Positions 59,843 to 64,000 of a DNA stretch of 64,000 nt are shown here, in pieces. Location: NCBI GenBank assembly GCA_002011125.2, contig MTMF02000009.1, positions 1,640,989-1,704,988 on the forward strand. The letters are read 5' to 3'. Under the pieces are notes generated by a model. The model had not been told where the DNA came from and did no database searches. It saw only the letters and a program-made list of their open reading frames with translations. A program made the position numbers and the translations under genes. Positions within the stretch are counted from its first letter, which is position 1. Each line of letters starts with the position of its first letter. Source of the DNA: Candidatus Hydrothermarchaeum profundi. GTDB taxonomy: Archaea > Hydrothermarchaeota > Hydrothermarchaeia > Hydrothermarchaeales > Hydrothermarchaeaceae.

Positions 59843-61505
59843 TAATATTGAAGATTAAGTCAACGTTAAGCTCAAAAGCAACTAGCGGCTTCTCTAGCCC
59901 CCAATTGTTTAATACAATAGGATGAATCTCCCCAACTACGCCCGCATGTTCTTTATTAATCTTGACTTCTGCCACGCGGTTAAGAATAAAACTATTGTGT
60001 TTTACTTTCTTGAGTTTATAGCTTATACCCAAGTTTCTCAATAAAGAATCAACTACAGATGAAATATCTTCATAACTTACTTTTGCATCAGTAATTACGC
60101 AGGCAAGTTTTTTAACAGTCCTAGTTGAAGTCTCCTCTTGTTCATCTATTTCTACAATATCACCCACCTCAAAAATTCTCTGCGGAAACTCTACGTGAAG
60201 ATTATAGGTTAAAAATTCTAGGAGGCTAGGAAGTAGCCAATTTCTTAATGCCGTCCAATTAGCACTAACGGGATTCTCTATTTCACAAACTCTTTCTTCC
60301 ACCAGATTCATCTTTTTGAAGAGGAAATCCTTGTTTGTTAGCGAGAATGTCAATATCTCTTGAAAACCTAGCCCTACCATAGCTTCTCTTATGGAGTCGC
60401 ATAATTCCTCTTTTTCATCTTCTTTACCTATCGTGCTGATTTTAGGAGGCTCTGGCTGAATAGAGTTTATACCATAAGCTATTGCGACATCCTCCATAAC
60501 ATCTCGCTGATGCATAATGTCATCTCTATAAGGGGGATATTTCACTACTATACTCCCGTCTTTGAAGGTAGCTTCATACCTAGCCTTAGCAAGGAGACTT
60601 ATAATATCCTCTTTAGATATTTCTAGACCCAATATTTTTTTACATTCTCGAAAATCCATTTTGAACTCCTTTAGAGTTAAATCAGGCGTTACAATCGTAT
60701 GATTAGGATATTGCACTTCAACGCTCTGAATTTCGCCTCCTCGGTCATGAAGTGCCGCTACGATTACATTTAACGCAACATTCAGCCTCTCTAGTCTCCA
60801 TCCAGTTAGCTCTATAAAGACGTTTTTTGTTTCTGGTGTTACTTTACCGGTATAGACCGAATTTATGATCGGAGGCATAGAGAGTACGTTATCCTTAGAA
60901 TCTATCATAAGGGGATATTCAGAATATTCGCTTATTATATGGCCATATTCTCTACCTTTAGGATGCAATCGGAGTATTTCAGCAGGCGTTAACTCTTCAT
61001 CAAAATCAAGGGGCACGAATTTTATTCCATCCGGCAGAACTGTTGTATATCTTATAGGAGGCACTATCTTATCGTAATCATATACGCCTATAGCGACTAG
61101 CTCTCTGTTTTTCCCATAAGTTTGATGTATTTTTTCCTGTAACTGTATTGTTTGCTTTATAGAATCATCATCAAACTCAAGGCCCTTAACAACTGCGCCA
61201 ACTGTCTTTGGCCTGATTTTTTCTACTTTTTTATCGACTAGCATTTTGATTTCTGATGTCTTAACCTCATATTTCGGTGGGCCCTCCTCAATACCATAAT
61301 GCCCTCTAAGTTCTCGAGCTATACCTTCTACACTCCACAAATCAGGTCTATTTGTATCTTTTACGTCTATCTTTACCTGCTCATCATAAAATGACTCTAT
61401 CTCCCCCTTAGCGAAAAGGATGCCTTTGTCTTCTAATTCTTCATAGGTAATGTTAAAACCAAGCAATTTACGTAGGTCCTCTAATGAAAACTCAACGGTT
61501 GGCAT
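59823..61505 (-). CDS. pheT: Phenylalanine-tRNA ligase beta subunit
   Basis: NRPDLWS.EG, QEK.H, PPIINS, YR.DIMH..D..ED.AI, GEIHP. Confidence 0.97.
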   Translation of the reverse strand: MPTVEFSLEDLRKLLGFNITYEELEDKGILFAKGEIESFYDEQVKIDVKDTNRPDLWSVEGIARELRGHYGIEEGPPKYEVKTSEIKMLVDKKVEKIRPKTVGAVVKGLEFDDDSIKQTIQLQEKIHQTYGKNRELVAIGVYDYDKIVPPIRYTTVLPDGIKFVPLDFDEELTPAEILRLHPKGREYGHIISEYSEYPLMIDSKDNVLSMPPIINSVYTGKVTPETKNVFIELTGWRLERLNVALNVIVAALHDRGGEIQSVEVQYPNHTIVTPDLTLKEFKMDFRECKKILGLEISKEDIISLLAKARYEATFKDGSIVVKYPPYRDDIMHQRDVMEDVAIAYGINSIQPEPPKISTIGKEDEKEELCDSIREAMVGLGFQEILTFSLTNKDFLFKKMNLVEERVCEIENPVSANWTALRNWLLPSLLEFLTYNLHVEFPQRIFEVGDIVEIDEQEETSTRTVKKLACVITDAKVSYEDISSVVDSLLRNLGISYKLKKVKHNSFILNRVAEVKINKEHAGVVGEIHPIVLNNWGLEKPLVAFELNVDLIFNIIRQYSS

Positions 61506-61507
61506 TT

Positions 61508-62755
61508 TTATAACACCATCTTAGTTTCTCTTAGCCATCTTAGATCATGAGAGAAGAGATATCTTATATCGTCAACGCCTAGCTTAAACATCGCCAGCCT
61601 ATCAATACCTATCCCCCATGCTATCACAGGCACATCTATACCCAAGGGCTTAGTTAGCTCCTCTCTAAATATCCCTGAGCCTCCAAACTCGATCCATCCC
61701 ATCTCAGGGTGATATGCCGAAAGTTGAACAGATGGCTCTGTGAAGGGATAATAATCTGGGAAAAACTTAACTTTTTCTGCTCCGGCTATCTCTTTCGCAA
61801 ATATTTCCAGGATGCCTAACAGATTTTTGAGGTTTAGGGATTCATCTATAACTATACCCTCCGCTTGATTGAATTCTATTAAATGAGTAGCGTCTAAGAC
61901 ATCAGGCCTATAGCACCTAGCGATAGCAAAATATTTTCCAGGTATTTCAGGATTAGAAGCTAGAGTTCTTGCTGATAGGCATGTTCCATGAGCTCGGGGC
62001 AAAAGCCGCATAGCCTTACGGGGGTCCCATTTATACCGCCATCCCTTAGATCCAGTAATCCAGCCATCTTCGTGGCATGCTTTGACCTGTTCCACTATTT
62101 CCTCCCTCGGCAGTTTTCCTATTTTAGGATACTTCAACTGATATGTGCTAGTCCAATCTCGCGCTGGATGGTCCTGAGGCTGGTAGAGTGCATCAAAATT
62201 CCAGAATTCAGTTTCTATGAGAGGTCCAACCATCTCCTTAAATCCCAATTCAACAAGTTTTCTCTTTATTTTTGCTACGAATTGTAGATAAGGCTGTCTT
62301 TTACCGGGATAGATTTTTTTACCCGGAACCTCGACATTATATGGTTTAAAGCTTACTTCTCTCCATAAACCGGTTTTTATTAGTTCCTCAGTTAGGTGGG
62401 TTACTTCCTTGCCCGAAAGCTTCTTAGCCTTCTTGTATATATCCTCCCTTACCTTCCTTACCAGTTTCCTAGATAAAAGAAGAGATAGTATATCGCTACT
62501 AACCTCCTCCCCTTGGGATATTTTTTTAAGAGCCTCTTCTTCAGGTATAGTCTCCGGTTTTTTAAGAGGGGTTATCTTGCCATCTTTTATTGTGATCCAC
62601 CCTTTTTTCTTAGCCCATTGGAGCGCTACTGCAAGATTTTCTATTTTACCTTGAGCTTCTCTAATAGGCAAGGGAGCCTCCAAGGTTTCAATAAGATTTT
62701 TTTCAGGTAAACCCTCCCTCAAATACTTCCAGCCTTCCTCGGTTAGCTCGTACAT
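61508..62755 (-). CDS. pheS: Phenylalanine-tRNA ligase alpha subunit
   Basis: [42 protein letters not shown]. Confidence 0.97.
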   Translation of the reverse strand: MYELTEEGWKYLREGLPEKNLIETLEAPLPIREAQGKIENLAVALQWAKKKGWITIKDGKITPLKKPETIPEEEALKKISQGEEVSSDILSLLLSRKLVRKVREDIYKKAKKLSGKEVTHLTEELIKTGLWREVSFKPYNVEVPGKKIYPGKRQPYLQFVAKIKRKLVELGFKEMVGPLIETEFWNFDALYQPQDHPARDWTSTYQLKYPKIGKLPREEIVEQVKACHEDGWITGSKGWRYKWDPRKAMRLLPRAHGTCLSARTLASNPEIPGKYFAIARCYRPDVLDATHLIEFNQAEGIVIDESLNLKNLLGILEIFAKEIAGAEKVKFFPDYYPFTEPSVQLSAYHPEMGWIEFGGSGIFREELTKPLGIDVPVIAWGIGIDRLAMFKLGVDDIRYLFSHDLRWLRETKMVL

Positions 62756-62765
62756 TATATCAACA

Positions 62766-63074
62766 TCACTTCTTTTTCCGTTTTTTAGCCTTCTTTTTTT
62801 GAGCTTTCTTCACCGGTTTCTCTTTGCTTTCTACTGCGCTCTCCTCTTGATCGAAGTATATTATTGCGATTAGAATGAAAAGTACAGCGAAGGTTATATA
62901 GTAGTCATAAGAAGGGATGTCTTTCGCTACTGTGTAAACGGAAGCTAGGCCAAAAAGAACCCCTAAGCCAGAATAGAGCCAAAATATTTGCTCTTTTTTC
63001 ATCTCCCTCTCCAGGTAATACATGGTAACTATGACAATAGCCATTGCGATTATAAATGTGGTTTTTACGTCCAT
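62766..63074 (-). CDS. Hypothetical membrane protein with Lys-rich tail
   Basis: 3 TM; in operon between the methyltransferase and pheS. Confidence 0.7.
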   Translation of the reverse strand: MDVKTTFIIAMAIVIVTMYYLEREMKKEQIFWLYSGLGVLFGLASVYTVAKDIPSYDYYITFAVLFILIAIIYFDQEESAVESKEKPVKKAQKKKAKKRKKK

Positions 63075-64000
63075 TCTTGGGTTCCTCTTCTACCTATTAT
63101 TGTTATCTCATTTCTTGTATTGTATTTTAGCTTTATTGTATCTAATACCTCTATTTCGCCTTTAGCTAACTCTTGTTTAACTTCCCTTAATACCAAATTT
63201 AAAGCTTGTGCCATAGGTGTCTTCTCCGCCGTCTTAACTGTGTGTATCAAAAAACCGCCCTCTTTTAAATACATTTTAGATAGTCTAGCGCTTAACTCCG
63301 CAGAGAGCCTAGGGTTTATGTTAGTGTCATTGGTAAGGATATCTACAGATTCATCCAAACATATATCCTCCGCTTTTGATTTAATGAAAAAAATGTTCTC
63401 TATACTTTTTACCTCATCAGCTAGCTCTGCATTATCGATTGATATAACTTTTCCAACTTTTTCAGAGAGAGCCCTACTCCATCCTCCCGGAGCAGCTCCT
63501 AAATCTAGTGCAGTGAAATTGCGGTTAAAAATCTCAGGAAACCTCGATATTACTTCCCTCATCTTAAGCTCGCTTCTGGAGATAGGCCGCTTACCTTTGG
63601 CCCATCTCTTTTTGACTTTAGGGGTTTTTCTCAGTATCTCACTAGGATTCAAAACACTTAGGCAGCTGTAGTCTTGTATTATATTGACAATAAACAAAAC
63701 TTCAGGATCCGATAGATTCACCTTCCCACCGAGATTTCGTATAAAGCTACCGACCTCTCTTTCGACATCTATAGACGTAAAGCTATGATGGCCTCTCCTA
63801 CTGCACTTGACTGCAAATTTCGCGTTAAAACGTTTTATTTTAAAAGATTCTTTGATTTCTTCTATCGCAGCACCAGTAATATAATCTACTGGTATAAGCT
63901 TGTGGATATACGTAGTATCTAACGTTCTAAAGAGGTTAAGAAATTCTTCTTTACTCAAATAGGTTTTGCCTAACAACAATCCCTTAAAATATGTAGTTCT
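63065..64000 (-). CDS. THUMP + FtsJ/RrmJ-like RNA methyltransferase (5' end beyond window)
   Basis: THUMP (FAVKC.RRG.H.F.S...ER..G, VNL.DP); SR...K and ALDLGAAPGGW; frame open to base 64000. Confidence 0.85.
   Translation of the reverse strand, partial: RTTYFKGLLLGKTYLSKEEFLNLFRTLDTTYIHKLIPVDYITGAAIEEIKESFKIKRFNAKFAVKCSRRGHHSFTSIDVEREVGSFIRNLGGKVNLSDPEVLFIVNIIQDYSCLSVLNPSEILRKTPKVKKRWAKGKRPISRSELKMREVISRFPEIFNRNFTALDLGAAPGGWSRALSEKVGKVISIDNAELADEVKSIENIFFIKSKAEDICLDESVDILTNDTNINPRLSAELSARLSKMYLKEGGFLIHTVKTAEKTPMAQALNLVLREVKQELAKGEIEVLDTIKLKYNTRNEITIIGRRGTQEWT

Overview
Gene-dense, low-GC archaeal chromosomal segment. Archaeal markers include the archaeal-type SAM synthetase, NAC, a PAC2 proteasome chaperone, CTP-dependent riboflavin kinase, archaeal PheRS, GGAGG/GGTGA RBSs and TATA-driven tRNAs. 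An anaerobic euryarchaeote such as Hydrothermarchaeota is plausible, but that is inference only. Left to right it holds: a complete System I*-type cytochrome c maturation operon (ccmABCDEF, including a 36-aa ccmD missed by the ORF track); cofactor and adenosyl genes (nadM, SAM hydrolase, dacZ, mat); a decayed islet beside a tRNA-Ile(GAT) with an atypical T-loop; tRNA-Ala(CGC); a USP/TauE cluster; tRNA-Val(GAC); a GT3-type glycogen synthase; a six-gene type IV pilin-like operon ending in a ~1245-aa pilin-like protein with a 12-Cys insert; tandem Mer-like oxidoreductases; riboflavin genes; and pheST. The best candidate for an undescribed system is at about 43.9-55.1 kb. It combines an Lrp-like regulator, an intact KaiC/RAD55-like ATPase, a divergent FAD oxidoreductase with a short Fe-S partner, a GNAT, a 992-aa polytopic membrane protein fused to a degenerate KaiC domain, a ~500-bp very AT-rich region and three unannotated microproteins. 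One microprotein shares the motif LxxEFKxxFPSL with the tail of the Lrp regulator. No rRNA, CRISPR array or intact mobile element was seen. All calls come from motif recognition by eye; no database searches were run.
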